Positions 52,632-63,162 of a stretch of DNA of 64,000 nucleotides are shown here, piece after piece. The number at the start of each line of letters is the position of its first letter. Position 1 is the stretch's first letter. The translations under genes and the position numbers were made by a program. Below the pieces are notes generated by a model. It did no database searches. It was not told the DNA's origin and saw only the letters and a list, made by a program, of their open reading frames with translations. Source of the stretch: Candidatus Tayloriibacteriota bacterium (GTDB lineage Bacteria > Patescibacteriota > Minisyncoccia > Phycocordibacterales > HO2-43-120). The stretch covers positions 10,625 to 74,624 of the forward strand of contig JBDTMN010000003.1 of assembly GCA_039934295.1 (NCBI GenBank), read 5' to 3'.

Positions 52632-55412
52632 CTACAAACTGCTCTCCGGCGGCTTTTTCTCGTACTTTCTCATAATTTCTTCCTCTACATCTGCCCTCTC
52701 TTTGCCGAACTTCAAGTATGAGAGTTCCTTCAATTTATCGACATTTTCTTTCTTGCCCGTGTCTGGCGACACGGTTTCAATATTAAAGGGCTTCACCGGC
52801 CGACCGTTGCTCAAAAGCTTGAGATAGGCGTTTCGGTTATCTATATTCATAAGGTCCTTCATTGAAAATACCGGAGAAAACTGCTTCTCCAAATATTCCG
52901 CGTCTTCCGCGCCGACACGAAATGCGGCAATGGAGCCCACGTTTCCAAAAACGGAATCTCGAATGCTCTCCTCAAGCTGGGCGATAAACTGATGCGCGAT
53001 AATGAGCCCAAGCTTGTATTTCCTCGCCTCGGAGAGAATCGTCGAAATCGAATTTGTCGTAACATTCTGAAATTCATCAATGTAGAGATAAAAAGGAGGC
53101 AGATTTTTGTGGAACGAATCAACCCGAGAGAGCGCCGCCATCAAAATTTTGCCGACCAAAATGAGCCCCAAAAGATTGGCGTTGATTTCCCCTAAACGAC
53201 CCTTTGCAAGGTTGACCAACAGAATTTTTTTCTCGTCCATTATCTGCCTGAAGTTAAAACTGGACTTTTCTTGAGCGATAATCGGCCGCATGATGTCATT
53301 CGAGAGAAACACGTCGAATTTCGAAGTGATGTACGGCACGATATTGGCGAGCGAGGCTTCCCCACCGGCTTTCTCCGCCACCTCTCTCCAAAATTGAACG
53401 ACAATCGGATTCTTGCACCGCGAGAGCTTCAATTCCCTGAAACTTTTTTGCGCCAATACTCTCGAGACATCGAGAAGGGTGTTCCCGCTCTCCGGGTCTT
53501 CCATCGAAAGCAGAACTGCGTTTCTGAAATATTGTTCGAACATAGGACCTCCCGCCGTTTTCATATCGAAGAGCTTGTTGAAGATGGAGAGCATCTCGTT
53601 CACCACAAATGTTTTTTGCTCCGGAAATCTAATGTCGTACTCGAGCATGTTTAAAGCCATCGGGCGGGCGGTGTAGCTTGGGTCAAAATAGATGATGTCC
53701 TCGTATCTCTCTTTTGGCACCATGGCTAAGACATCCTGAATGTCGGAGCCGTGTGGGTCGATGAGGCAGACCCCCTCGCCATTCGCGATATCCTGGGCAA
53801 TCATGTTTTTCAAGAGCGTCGTTTTTCCCGTACCAGTCTGGCCGATAGTATAGAAGTGCCGGAGACGGTCATCGGGTCCAATATAAATCGGAGTTTCTGT
53901 GTTCCTGTTTTTGTTTATCCCAAGAAGAATTCCGGTAGATGCGAGACCGATTGGAGCGGGAGCGCTCGCCGCTTTCGAGATTTTCAACTGTGGAGCCGAT
54001 TTGATTTCAGTCGATGGCAAATGCATCATGGTGGTAAGCTCCTTCAGACTCAACGGAATTTTTTCATCCTCGTTATAGAGTCTGAAAGAAAAATCTTTAA
54101 GCAGTTTATTCAGTTTCCCCTTTTTGAGTTCTGTAAATGCAAGCCTGTTGCCGTGGCTGTTTTCAAACTGGTTGAACGCGGACTGCACGTCGCGCAAAAT
54201 AGACAGCGCCCTCGATTCCTCTTTTGCGGAAGCGACGATACGAATGTTCGTAGCGACGATTGGACTTGCAATCTTGAGTTTGATATCTTCCACCACTAGT
54301 TCGTCTACATTTCTGAGTTCTTTCTGCTTTTCTTTCTCCTCCTTTTCCTTCTTATTGGTGAGATCTCTCGCAACCTCCTTGCCAAATTTAAAGACGTGCC
54401 CAAAGACTGTTTCAGGAAAATCTATGGCTTCTTTCACCTTAACGCCTTTCCCGATTCGCTCAAGCGCGTACTTGTATTTGGAAGTATACTCGTCCCCGAC
54501 AGGCTTAAAGACAATCTGAATTGCCGCTCCCTCGCCGTCCCGCTCGATTTTAGAAAAGCTATTCAGAACCACGTTCAGAGGATCGTGGTCAAACTGGTCA
54601 TATGTTTTGAGAGAAAAAATAGGATTCTTCGCTGACTCGGCGGACGAGCCGAGAGAGACCCCTCGACTGTCGAAAATGTTGTAGTCATCCTTTCGCTCGG
54701 AAATCCTAGCATTATGGAAAATAGAGAGAACCTGTTTTTCAAAAAGATCGCGCTTGGAGTCCGGCACCGCCGCGAAGAAAATAAATTCGTTACTGTGGTT
54801 TTCAACCGCGAGCTCAATGGTAAAGTAGTTTGGCCCCCTGTCACTTCTGTCGGACACGGAGAGCATACCTGCGTAAAATTGCTCCATTGAGGACACGAGC
54901 TCCTTGAGCGTCTTTGGATTTTCTTCCTTTGCCTTCTCCGGCAGAGTGATTTCGTAAAGAGTCATTTCGAGAGCGCGAAACAGCGGGTCTTTTTCTTTTA
55001 TTCCTTTCACTTCAAATCCGGCCTTAATATATTGAACCAAAAAACGCTCGAAATCATCTTCAAGATGGGGACTCCCGAGCTCTTCGATGATTGAAAGAGT
55101 ATTTTTAATGCCCTTTTCCTCGAGTATTCCGAGAAATTCACTCATCTTCTGGTCGTGCTCTTCGGGCGTGAGGTCAAGTACAATTTTCCCGCGCTCCTCC
55201 TTTGACATTTCAAATTGAGGGTGGAGAACCTCGCCTCCCGGAACTTGTTTATACTTTTGGACCTCTTCAGAAATGACCTGCTCCTTTGGTTTCTCGATGC
55301 CTTTTTCTTTGAGCTCTGATTCTCTTTTCGCTACTTCCCCGCGCAAAAAAGAAAGCTCCTCCTCGGGAGTGCTGAATTTCTTCTCAACGGCAGGGAAAGT
55401 AGATTCACTCAT
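52632..55412 (-). CDS. VirD4/TraG/HerA-like ATPase
   Basis: DRLRHFYTIGQTGTGKT, IDPHG, YLYIDEFQN, LSEARKY, AHQ. Confidence 0.88.
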   Translation of the reverse strand: MSESTFPAVEKKFSTPEEELSFLRGEVAKRESELKEKGIEKPKEQVISEEVQKYKQVPGGEVLHPQFEMSKEERGKIVLDLTPEEHDQKMSEFLGILEEKGIKNTLSIIEELGSPHLEDDFERFLVQYIKAGFEVKGIKEKDPLFRALEMTLYEITLPEKAKEENPKTLKELVSSMEQFYAGMLSVSDRSDRGPNYFTIELAVENHSNEFIFFAAVPDSKRDLFEKQVLSIFHNARISERKDDYNIFDSRGVSLGSSAESAKNPIFSLKTYDQFDHDPLNVVLNSFSKIERDGEGAAIQIVFKPVGDEYTSKYKYALERIGKGVKVKEAIDFPETVFGHVFKFGKEVARDLTNKKEKEEKEKQKELRNVDELVVEDIKLKIASPIVATNIRIVASAKEESRALSILRDVQSAFNQFENSHGNRLAFTELKKGKLNKLLKDFSFRLYNEDEKIPLSLKELTTMMHLPSTEIKSAPQLKISKAASAPAPIGLASTGILLGINKNRNTETPIYIGPDDRLRHFYTIGQTGTGKTTLLKNMIAQDIANGEGVCLIDPHGSDIQDVLAMVPKERYEDIIYFDPSYTARPMALNMLEYDIRFPEQKTFVVNEMLSIFNKLFDMKTAGGPMFEQYFRNAVLLSMEDPESGNTLLDVSRVLAQKSFRELKLSRCKNPIVVQFWREVAEKAGGEASLANIVPYITSKFDVFLSNDIMRPIIAQEKSSFNFRQIMDEKKILLVNLAKGRLGEINANLLGLILVGKILMAALSRVDSFHKNLPPFYLYIDEFQNVTTNSISTILSEARKYKLGLIIAHQFIAQLEESIRDSVFGNVGSIAAFRVGAEDAEYLEKQFSPVFSMKDLMNIDNRNAYLKLLSNGRPVKPFNIETVSPDTGKKENVDKLKELSYLKFGKERADVEEEIMRKYEKKPPESSL

Positions 55413-55468
55413 GTTGACTCCATTATATAGAGTTTAGCAAAAACCTACAATTCATCGGCAAATAAAAA

Positions 55469-55547
55469 GTGTAGCGTTTAACTTGTAACGTAAGAGGAGC
55501 AAATTCTTTTTTCTGACGCTACACGTTACACGTTTTACGTTACACAT
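55469..55547. repeat. Family B element
   Basis: GTAACGTAAGAG...ACGCTACACGTTACACGTTTTACGTTACA. Confidence 0.7.
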
Positions 55548-55548
55548 C

Positions 55549-55833
55549 TTAAAGCGACGTCCTCACTTCTTCGAGATTGAGTTTGTCTTTTTCCCTCTTC
55601 TCAAAAGCTGTTACTTCCTCAAGATTTTTCCTAATCTGCTTCAAGGCTTCGTTGTATCTCCCGCTAATTCCCGCCATAACTTCAAGATACAACCCCGCGT
55701 ATGCAAGGTAAAAAGAAGCTTTCTCTTTTTTTGTCATTTCTCTGCCGAAAAATTCCGCCATCAAAGAAGCTGCCTCATCGTATTTTTCCTCCTCCAAGAG
55801 AGATTCAATTTTTTTTGTATCAAGCTCGTTCAT
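55549..55833 (-). CDS. Hypothetical protein
   Basis: 94-aa ORF just downstream of the 1019-aa gene. Confidence 0.6.
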   Translation of the reverse strand: MNELDTKKIESLLEEEKYDEAASLMAEFFGREMTKKEKASFYLAYAGLYLEVMAGISGRYNEALKQIRKNLEEVTAFEKREKDKLNLEEVRTSL

Positions 55834-55837
55834 AGAT

Positions 55838-58800
55838 TTATTCTGGCAGGCCTTTTAATATAGTAATAATAAATCCTCTTTTTGCTTTACCTTCAAGAGT
55901 GCCGGGCAAATCTTTACCCACTTTCACGAGCAAATCCCTCACAGCTTTTCTTGCTTGGTCTCCTTTTCTTGATCCGGCCTTATTTCTTTCCAAATGACTC
56001 TTAAGAGCTTTTTGCAACTCTTCGACACTATTCGCCCCAAACGAGAAGTTTTTTAAAGCTTTGGTTATTTCGCCAGAAACTTTTCCGTCGACCGCATCGT
56101 CATTTCTCTTCTGCATCTCATCTTCATTTAATCCCTCAAGGAAATCGACACCCTCTTCGTCTTCCATTCTCTTCAACTCATCAAATTTCTCTTGAGCTTT
56201 GTCAGGGTCCATACCCGGACTCATGAGTTCCGCCAATTGGCTTTGGGCTTTCTCTATCGATATTTCCGAAATCCGCTTCCAAGAATCCAGACTCTCCAAT
56301 AACGATATCCTAATCTGTTTTGTTTGGTTTTCAAATTCTGTCCTTATCTTTGCAAAATTTTCACCTTTCGCGAGAGCCGCGAGACTCGCGGTAATGTTGT
56401 CGCTCACCGTCTTCAATTTTGCAACAGTTTCATCATGCGAGGAAACCTCGTTTTGAAATTTGCCCCCGAAGCCGGGAATCCACTCGCGAAGAAACTTTTT
56501 GAATCCGACATATTTAAATTCTCCTTTTTTCTTTGTAAGCGACTCCTTTTCTCCCTGCAATAGTCCTATTTTGGCTGCAAGGTCGTCAACACTCTTATTG
56601 CCGACAAGCTGTATTATTGCGGCCTCGTTGGCTTTAATTTCGGCTTGATTCTTCTTAATAGTGTCGAGAATATCCGCAAGTCGAATAATCTCTTCTGGAC
56701 TGTTTATGGACTTCGCATCAATTTCACCCTGAATCGCCTCGAGTTCTTCCGGAGTAAACTTACCTGAAACATTTTCAAAAAAGCCCTGAAATTCGCTCTT
56801 AAGCCCGCTTATAACTTTTTCTTTCTTGGTATACACCTCGAAAACTGACCGAATCTTGTCCGCGTCATCGTTTTCAATCCACTCCTCGCTTTCCGGATAT
56901 TGAGCGAGGAAAAGTGGAAATTTGGCGTCATAATTTTGCATCTGCCGAATGCTCATCGCCAGTATTTCCGCGTTCGTAACGCGTGATAGTGTTGCTCCCC
57001 TCATCACTGCCTCGGGCTCTCGCGTTGGTTCAGTTTTCGGCGGCTCAGCTTTAGGCACAGGTTCAGTTTTCAGTGGCTCTTCGGCTTTTGACACAACTGG
57101 TTCTACCGGCTTTTCGACAGGTTTTGGTTCTTCAGGAGGTTCGGTCATCAATAGAGCCTCTCCCGCTGATGGAATTTCCTCATCGGCAGGTTTCAAAGCT
57201 TCAGCATCATTTTTTGGCTCTCCCTTTCCTTCAAGAATTCTCCATGCCTCCTCTGGTTTGAGAGAGTCAATCTCACTTTGTGTTTTACCCATTCCTATTA
57301 GTCGTTCCTGCATATCTCGAGTAATCATAAAGGGTATACCTGCGTCCGCAGAGGATACCTCTCTCTTTGCTGTGGAATTAGAAGACTCTGACGTCAACGC
57401 TTCAGGTTGAGCGGGTAGCTTTTCTTCAGAAGGTGACGCTGGCGGCTTTGGAGCTAGGCCCAGCTCTAGAATTAATTGCTCTTCTTGAGCCAATTCTTCG
57501 GGCGACTTCTGAGGCAACTTTTCTTCAGGCGGTTTTTGTTCCGCAACACCTTCCTCGCCTGGTGGCTTTAAAATGACTGGAGGGGTCACTTCGGGGACAA
57601 CAGGAGCTGTGTCTTCAGGATTTGAAAGTGGAGCAATAGGTTCTGGTTTTTTAACACTTAGTTCGAGAGGTGTCAGATATTTGGCTTTCATGTATGCCTC
57701 TTCAAGCATGGAATATAAAGTTGGATTTTCTTCAATAATCCTTGCCGCTCTTTCCATAGTTTTATGAACATAGTCGTCAATATTTTCTTTTTTTTCTTTT
57801 GAGTCAGCTACTCCTGGTATGCTTTTTATTTCTTGAAAATTTTTATTTACTTCTGCCAAATTTCCTACCTCCTGGTCAGACTCCACAAATAACCTGCGAA
57901 GATAGCCTTTAACATTCCGATCAGAAAATAGCTTTATAAATGCGTCGAACGCGGAATATCTATACACTGGAGAAGTAGTTGATTTAACCTCTTCGAGTTT
58001 ATCTTTGATACGTTCTACCGCAACACTGCCCGCAAGCTCAACATTGTTAAAGACAATAGACGGTTCTTTCTCAAGTCGTTCGTATAAGTCCTCAAAATTT
58101 CTAACAGGTTTAGAAGATTCTGTTCGAGCGGGCTCGACATTTGCGGGTTTAGATTCAGAAGCGCCTATGGGATTTGGAGGGATTTCCTCTTTTTTTGGAG
58201 GAGGCTCAGCTTTTGCCGTTGTCTCTGGCGGTAGTCCTCCGGCTATTTTTCCTCTCTTTTTTCCTCCTTTTTTCTTTTCTCCTTCCCCTTCTTCCCCTTC
58301 TTCCCCCTTGAATCTAGTTTGATTCTTCCCTTTTCTCTCTTTTTTCTCTTTTTTCTCATCTCCAGATTCTGCATCATTTTTCAACAAAGGGGCATCGGGC
58401 TTTTTCGGCGCCCCAAAAGATTCATCGGCAAGATGAGTAACAAGAGGAGCTTCGCCTCCCTTTTTTTCTTCTGTCCCTATTTTAGGTGTTGCCTTCGATA
58501 CTTTTTCTCCCAAAAGTCTAAGCGAGTCAGATAAAGTGGTTTCTTTTTTTCCTTCGACAGGAATAGCTGAATCTTCAATCACACTCTTCTTAAATATCTC
58601 GTGCAATTCATTAGATGCCTTAATCAAACCTTCGTCCCCAGATTCAACTGCGATTTTAGCTCGCTTTTCAAAGAGGGCATCTGTATTTTCAATAACTGTT
58701 TTCCTTGGGTCTCCTACTTTTTTAGAAATTTCTGCCAACCGTTTAAGTATTTTCTCGTCCACTTTTCCAATATCTTTTTTTTGCGCTAGAGAGGCTTCCT

Positions 58801-58897
58801 TCTTTTCTTCAGGAGGTTTTTTGTCTTTGAATTTCGCCTCAAGCGCGTCTAGACCTTGAATTTTTTCAAACCCCGCATTTTCTTTGTCTTCTGCCAT
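55838..58897 (-). CDS. Large Glu/Lys/Pro-rich hypothetical protein
   Basis: 1019-aa ORF, low complexity plus coiled coil. Confidence 0.75.
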   Translation of the reverse strand: MAEDKENAGFEKIQGLDALEAKFKDKKPPEEKKEASLAQKKDIGKVDEKILKRLAEISKKVGDPRKTVIENTDALFEKRAKIAVESGDEGLIKASNELHEIFKKSVIEDSAIPVEGKKETTLSDSLRLLGEKVSKATPKIGTEEKKGGEAPLVTHLADESFGAPKKPDAPLLKNDAESGDEKKEKKERKGKNQTRFKGEEGEEGEGEKKKGGKKRGKIAGGLPPETTAKAEPPPKKEEIPPNPIGASESKPANVEPARTESSKPVRNFEDLYERLEKEPSIVFNNVELAGSVAVERIKDKLEEVKSTTSPVYRYSAFDAFIKLFSDRNVKGYLRRLFVESDQEVGNLAEVNKNFQEIKSIPGVADSKEKKENIDDYVHKTMERAARIIEENPTLYSMLEEAYMKAKYLTPLELSVKKPEPIAPLSNPEDTAPVVPEVTPPVILKPPGEEGVAEQKPPEEKLPQKSPEELAQEEQLILELGLAPKPPASPSEEKLPAQPEALTSESSNSTAKREVSSADAGIPFMITRDMQERLIGMGKTQSEIDSLKPEEAWRILEGKGEPKNDAEALKPADEEIPSAGEALLMTEPPEEPKPVEKPVEPVVSKAEEPLKTEPVPKAEPPKTEPTREPEAVMRGATLSRVTNAEILAMSIRQMQNYDAKFPLFLAQYPESEEWIENDDADKIRSVFEVYTKKEKVISGLKSEFQGFFENVSGKFTPEELEAIQGEIDAKSINSPEEIIRLADILDTIKKNQAEIKANEAAIIQLVGNKSVDDLAAKIGLLQGEKESLTKKKGEFKYVGFKKFLREWIPGFGGKFQNEVSSHDETVAKLKTVSDNITASLAALAKGENFAKIRTEFENQTKQIRISLLESLDSWKRISEISIEKAQSQLAELMSPGMDPDKAQEKFDELKRMEDEEGVDFLEGLNEDEMQKRNDDAVDGKVSGEITKALKNFSFGANSVEELQKALKSHLERNKAGSRKGDQARKAVRDLLVKVGKDLPGTLEGKAKRGFIITILKGLPE

Positions 58898-59001
58898 AGT
58901 AGTATCTATTTTACCTTTATTGTAGATAGTTTGTCCACCAATCGCTTCGAGCCTGTTTATACTCTACAGGTAGATTGCAAGCAGGCTCTTAGAATTTTGC
59001 G

Positions 59002-59772
59002 TTAGGGCTTTGTCAAAATTTCCGCATCGCCTTCCGTTATCAAAACTGTGTGCTCGAAGTGCGCGCTTCGGCTCCCATCGCGAGTGCGATAGGTGAAGCC
59101 GTCGTCATCGAGCATAATTTTTTCGCTCCCCATATTCACCATGGGTTCGATAGCAATCACCATGCCGGGAACTAATTCCTCTCCCTTTCCTTTTTCTCCA
59201 AAATTCGGCACATACGGGTCTTCATGCACTTTGTGTCCAACTCCGTGGCCGGAAAGCTCACGAACAATTCCAAAACCATAGGGCAGAATCGCAGATTGCA
59301 CGGCAAAACCGATGTCGCCCACATGATTGCCCCTCTTCGCGGCTTTTATACCTGCATCGAGCGACTTTTTTGTAACAGTGAGAAGTTTTTTACTCTCCTT
59401 GCCGATTTTCCCGACGGCAATAGTTACTGCCATATCCGTAATGAGTCCATTGTGCATGAGTCCCAGGTCCAAGCTCACGATGTCACCCTCTTTTAAAATT
59501 TTAGGTTTTTCGTTTGGTATTCCGTGGACAATTTCATCATTTATTGAGACGCAGAGACTCGCGGGGTAGGGACGCTTTGCACCGTAGGGCTTAAATTGTA
59601 AAAAAGCGGGAGTATCCCCGCCTTCTGCAATCAATGTGTTTGCCAAATCATTGAGCTCGTTTGTCGCAATTCCCGAAGTAACACGGTTCGCGATTTCATT
59701 CAAAATAAGTGCGTGTCTTTTCCCGCCTTCTCGGAGTATCTCGATATCTTTTTTTGTTTTGATGGAAACCAT
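59002..59772 (-). CDS. map: Methionine aminopeptidase
   Basis: CVSINDEIVHGIP, GHGVG..VHEDP, AIEPM, SAHFEHT. Confidence 0.96.
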   Translation of the reverse strand: MVSIKTKKDIEILREGGKRHALILNEIANRVTSGIATNELNDLANTLIAEGGDTPAFLQFKPYGAKRPYPASLCVSINDEIVHGIPNEKPKILKEGDIVSLDLGLMHNGLITDMAVTIAVGKIGKESKKLLTVTKKSLDAGIKAAKRGNHVGDIGFAVQSAILPYGFGIVRELSGHGVGHKVHEDPYVPNFGEKGKGEELVPGMVIAIEPMVNMGSEKIMLDDDGFTYRTRDGSRSAHFEHTVLITEGDAEILTKP

Positions 59773-59792
59773 TTTTAGAATAGATGAGGTAT

Positions 59793-59863
59793 GTTAGTTA
59801 GTAAGTAAGTTAGTAAGTTAGTAAGTTAGTAAGTTAGTAAGTTAGTAAGTTAGTAAGTTAGTA
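59793..59863. repeat. Tandem 8-mer (GTAAGTTA), about 7 copies
   Basis: Direct reading of the adk-map spacer. Confidence 0.85.
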
Positions 59864-59887
59864 TACTAGCGAATCGATTTTAATTTA

Positions 59888-60502
59888 CTAACTCACTAAT
59901 TTACTATTTATCTTTTGCACAACCTCCCTATGTACCTCCTCAATCGACTGCTTACCGTCAATGGAAAAGAAATTATACGCAACATTTGTCTTAAAAAAGT
60001 TCACTGACTCCATCACATTTTTATCAAACCACTGAAGTCGTGCGGTGATAGATTTTTTGTCGTCATCATTGCGTCCTCGCTCAAGAAGACGGTTTTGTGC
60101 CTCTTCATTTGGAATATCAATAAGAAATATGTAGGGCTTAGCCACTTTATAAAATTTGAGAGCAGAATCAAGCATGAAAGCTTCGTGCAACCTTCGGCAT
60201 ACTCCATCAAGAATAATATGCTCTTCCCCGGTAAAATTTTTTATCAAATAGTCACTCCACAGCCATATAGGAAAAAACTCAGGCCAAAGCCCTCCCTGCG
60301 CCATAACTTCTTTAATAATTTTACTCGTGGAAGTGGATGAAGAATCCACAAACTCACGGCCCATTCTACCCGTCTCAATATAAAGAACGTCGCGATTATC
60401 TTTTTCTTTAAAATACTTCGCGAGAAGTTGAGCTTGAGTTCCTTTTCCCGAACCTGCTCTTCCGAAAAAGAGAACTGTTTTTTGTGAAGTCATTTTATTC
60501 AC
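59888..60502 (-). CDS. adk: Adenylate kinase (short, LID-less)
   Basis: GRAGSGKGTQA, LDG, RGRNDD; position after secY. Confidence 0.88.
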   Translation of the reverse strand: MNKMTSQKTVLFFGRAGSGKGTQAQLLAKYFKEKDNRDVLYIETGRMGREFVDSSSTSTSKIIKEVMAQGGLWPEFFPIWLWSDYLIKNFTGEEHIILDGVCRRLHEAFMLDSALKFYKVAKPYIFLIDIPNEEAQNRLLERGRNDDDKKSITARLQWFDKNVMESVNFFKTNVAYNFFSIDGKQSIEEVHREVVQKINSKLVS

Positions 60503-60508
60503 GTATCT

Positions 60509-60572
60509 TGTAACGTGTAACGTCTGAGAAAGAGATTTCTTTTTCTTACGTTACACGTTTTGCGTTACATGT
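60509..60572. repeat. Family B element between secY and adk
   Basis: TGTAACGTGTAACGTCTGAGAAAG...ACGTTACACGTTTTGCGTTACA. Confidence 0.75.
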
Positions 60573-60578
60573 CTTTAT

Positions 60579-61859
60579 CTAGTACTCGCGCATCGAGACC
60601 TGCCCTTCGATTTTCTTTACGAAATCCAAGACCACCGAAACGGCAATCAAAAGCGCGGTACCTCCGATAGCTAATGTTGGGTCTCCACTTGCGCCCTGCA
60701 TAATAAAAGGCATGACAGCGATAACTGCGAGGAAAAGAGCGCCGACCAACGTGATTCTGGTAACCACTTTTCCGATGTATTCCGATGTCGACCCTCCCGG
60801 CCTTACTCCCGGAACAAAAGCTCCGTTTTTTTGCAGGTTCGTTGAAATGGTAACTGGGTCAAAAGTGACTGCAGTGTAAAAGTAGGTAAAAATAAATACC
60901 AAAATGAAATAGATACTATTATGAAACCAAGGATTTTCCAAGAACGCTAATCCGGATTTGGCAAAAGAAATTATTTGTTCATTTTTCACACCACTCGCAA
61001 AAAAATTTAAAATCATCTGCGGGAAAAGCAAAATGGAAAGCGCGAAGATGATTGGGATCACCCCTGCCTGATTGACTCGCAAAGGCAAGTAAGTGGAAAT
61101 ACCGCCATATACTTTCATCCCTCGAACTCGTTTAGCATATGTTACAGGAATAGGACGTTCGGCTTCTGTGATAGCAACGACAGCAACAACAACTAAAATT
61201 GCAACAATTAAAAAACCGAGTAATTTAGGAATAACTGACGGATCGAGAGTAGGATAAACATACTTAAAAATCAGTTGGCTCGCAACCTGGGGCACTCGCG
61301 CAACAATTCCCGCGAAGATGATGAGCGATGTGCCGTTCCCTATGCCGTATTCCGTAATGAGCTCCCCAATCCACATCAAGAGCACCGACCCGCCGGTAAT
61401 GACGAAGATGTTGATAACGAAATCAAATGTAGCCAGAGGATCTATCACCCCTTGCTTTTGTAACAGGACGAGAAATCCGTACGCCTGAATCGCGGCTAAA
61501 ACGACGCTCATCCTTCTTGATAATTGCGCGAACTTCATCCTTCCTGCTTCCCCCTCCTCGTGGTAAAGTGCCTTCAATTTCGGTGACATCATGGTCAAAA
61601 GTTGCATGATAATCGAGGCGGTGATGTAAGGACCCACTCCGAGCATGACAATAGAGAGTGTCGCGAGACCAGAACCCGAGAAAACGTTCAAAAGGCCGAA
61701 GAATTGATTATTGGAAAAAAAACCTTCTAGTCGCAGAGGATCCACTCCGGGAATTGGTATCGCCGCGAGCAATCGGAAAATCACCAAACCAAAAAGCACG
61801 AACAGAAGTTTCTTCCGCAACATCTTGTCATGTAATAAGAGTAGGATTTTTTCTTTCAT
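60579..61859 (-). CDS. secY: Preprotein translocase SecY
   Basis: LGVGPYITASII, GIGNGTSLIIF, AGVIPIIFA, PGVRPG, GGTALLI. Confidence 0.97.
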   Translation of the reverse strand: MKEKILLLLHDKMLRKKLLFVLFGLVIFRLLAAIPIPGVDPLRLEGFFSNNQFFGLLNVFSGSGLATLSIVMLGVGPYITASIIMQLLTMMSPKLKALYHEEGEAGRMKFAQLSRRMSVVLAAIQAYGFLVLLQKQGVIDPLATFDFVINIFVITGGSVLLMWIGELITEYGIGNGTSLIIFAGIVARVPQVASQLIFKYVYPTLDPSVIPKLLGFLIVAILVVVAVVAITEAERPIPVTYAKRVRGMKVYGGISTYLPLRVNQAGVIPIIFALSILLFPQMILNFFASGVKNEQIISFAKSGLAFLENPWFHNSIYFILVFIFTYFYTAVTFDPVTISTNLQKNGAFVPGVRPGGSTSEYIGKVVTRITLVGALFLAVIAVMPFIMQGASGDPTLAIGGTALLIAVSVVLDFVKKIEGQVSMREY

Positions 61860-61866
61860 TTTGTTT

Positions 61867-61953
61867 CACTGAACTGACTCGGAACCTTGACACGGAACTA
61901 AACTGAACTTTCTGTGTGTTTTCCGTGTTCTTCGTCCGTGCTATTCCGTGTTA
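61867..61953. repeat. Family C element between rplO and secY
   Basis: Ends on the rplO stop codon. Confidence 0.75.
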
Positions 61954-62391
61954 TTTTATCGTTCCGCCGGCTTTCTCAATCTTCGCCTTCGCGCTCGCGG
62001 ACACTGCGCAACCGATTACCATAATTTTCTTTGTAAGTTCCCCATCGCCTAGAATTTTGAAAGACGAGCTCAATCCTTTTTCAGCGCTCACTATGCCCGA
62101 GGATGCAAGGCTCGCCGGAGTCACTTCGCTTCCGTCTGCAAAATACTTCTCAATCGTCTCGAGATTGACTGGGATAGATTTAGGACGGAAACTCTTGCCC
62201 CCTCCCACTCCTCGACCGCGAAGTTTGGGAAGTTTTTTAATGAGATCCCGAAGCTCTGGACGTTTTTTTCTTCCCGCCCTCGCGTTCTGACCTTTCGTCC
62301 CCCTTCCGGAAGTCTTGCCTCTCTTTCCTCCGCGTCCAACGGACATCTTTCTTTTTTGCTGGGTATTTCTTTGTAAGGTGTTTGATTGCAT
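61951..62391 (-). CDS. rplO: 50S ribosomal protein L15
   Basis: VGRGGKRGKTSGRGTKGQNAR...KILGDG...AKIEKAGG. Confidence 0.96.
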   Translation of the reverse strand: MQSNTLQRNTQQKRKMSVGRGGKRGKTSGRGTKGQNARAGRKKRPELRDLIKKLPKLRGRGVGGGKSFRPKSIPVNLETIEKYFADGSEVTPASLASSGIVSAEKGLSSSFKILGDGELTKKIMVIGCAVSASAKAKIEKAGGTIK

Positions 62392-62402
62392 GTTATTAAA
62401 TC

Positions 62403-62483
62403 ATGTAACGTGTAGCATGTAACGTGTAACGTAAGAAAGAAAATTCTTTTTCTTACTTTACATGTTAAACGTTTTGCGTTACA
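62403..62483. repeat. Family B element between rpsE and rplO (where rpmD normally lies)
   Basis: Overlaps the rpsE stop codon. Confidence 0.75.
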
Positions 62484-63066
62484 CCTTCTTTATATTCTCT
62501 CTAAGTTTCCCGAGCGCACGTATTGCCACTTCAGCATTGTTGAGCTTGTTCTTGCTTCTCGAGAAAATCTTAGCCGTCACGTCGGTTACTCCACCAAGCT
62601 CAAGCACATTACGAACCGAGCTTCCGGCAATCAGTCCCTTTCCCGGAGCAGGTCTTATCTCAACTCTTGAACTCGTAAATTTGGCATCCACTTCATGCGC
62701 GATTGACCGAGAAGTGGTGAGGGGAATCTGTATCATATTTTTCTTTGCATTCTTCAATGCTTTGTCGATTGCAATCGAGGTGTCTCCTGCCTTGCCGGTT
62801 CCAACTCCCACTCGGCCTTTACGGTCGCCCGCAACCAAGGCCACGCTAAAGCTGAAGCGCCTTCCCCCCGAAGCCACTCTCGTGACACGGCGAATACTCA
62901 CGATTTGTTGGTCAAATTCGGGCTTAACTCTCGGAGCGCGCTCAAAACCCCTTCTCGGGTTCTTTTTTTGGTCGCGATTGCCCATCCTCGGCCGTCTCTC
63001 ATCAGTCGCATGAACTGGCACGGCTGGCGCAACAGAGTTGGTATTTTTTTGTGTAGTAGTATCCAT
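62479..63066 (-). CDS. rpsE: 30S ribosomal protein S5
   Basis: IRRVTRVASGGRRFSF...PAPGKGLIAG. Start moved to ATG 63066. Confidence 0.96.
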   Translation of the reverse strand: MDTTTQKNTNSVAPAVPVHATDERRPRMGNRDQKKNPRRGFERAPRVKPEFDQQIVSIRRVTRVASGGRRFSFSVALVAGDRKGRVGVGTGKAGDTSIAIDKALKNAKKNMIQIPLTTSRSIAHEVDAKFTSSRVEIRPAPGKGLIAGSSVRNVLELGGVTDVTAKIFSRSKNKLNNAEVAIRALGKLRENIKKV

Positions 63067-63075
63067 ATTTTTATC

Positions 63076-63162
63076 ACTGAACCGATTCGGAACCTCGACA
63101 CGGAACTCCACTGAACTTCTGTGCATTTCCGTGTTCTTCGTCCGTGTGGCTTCCGTGTTTTA
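63076..63162. repeat. Family C element between rplR and rpsE
   Basis: Ends at the rplR stop codon. Confidence 0.75.

Noticed and set aside
59793-59863. GTAAGTTA array as CRISPR
   Set aside because: It is a simple tandem repeat with no spacers.
62392-62478. Missing rpmD (L30) between rpsE and rplO
   Set aside because: Loss of L30 is an established CPR trait; useful for taxonomy but not novel.
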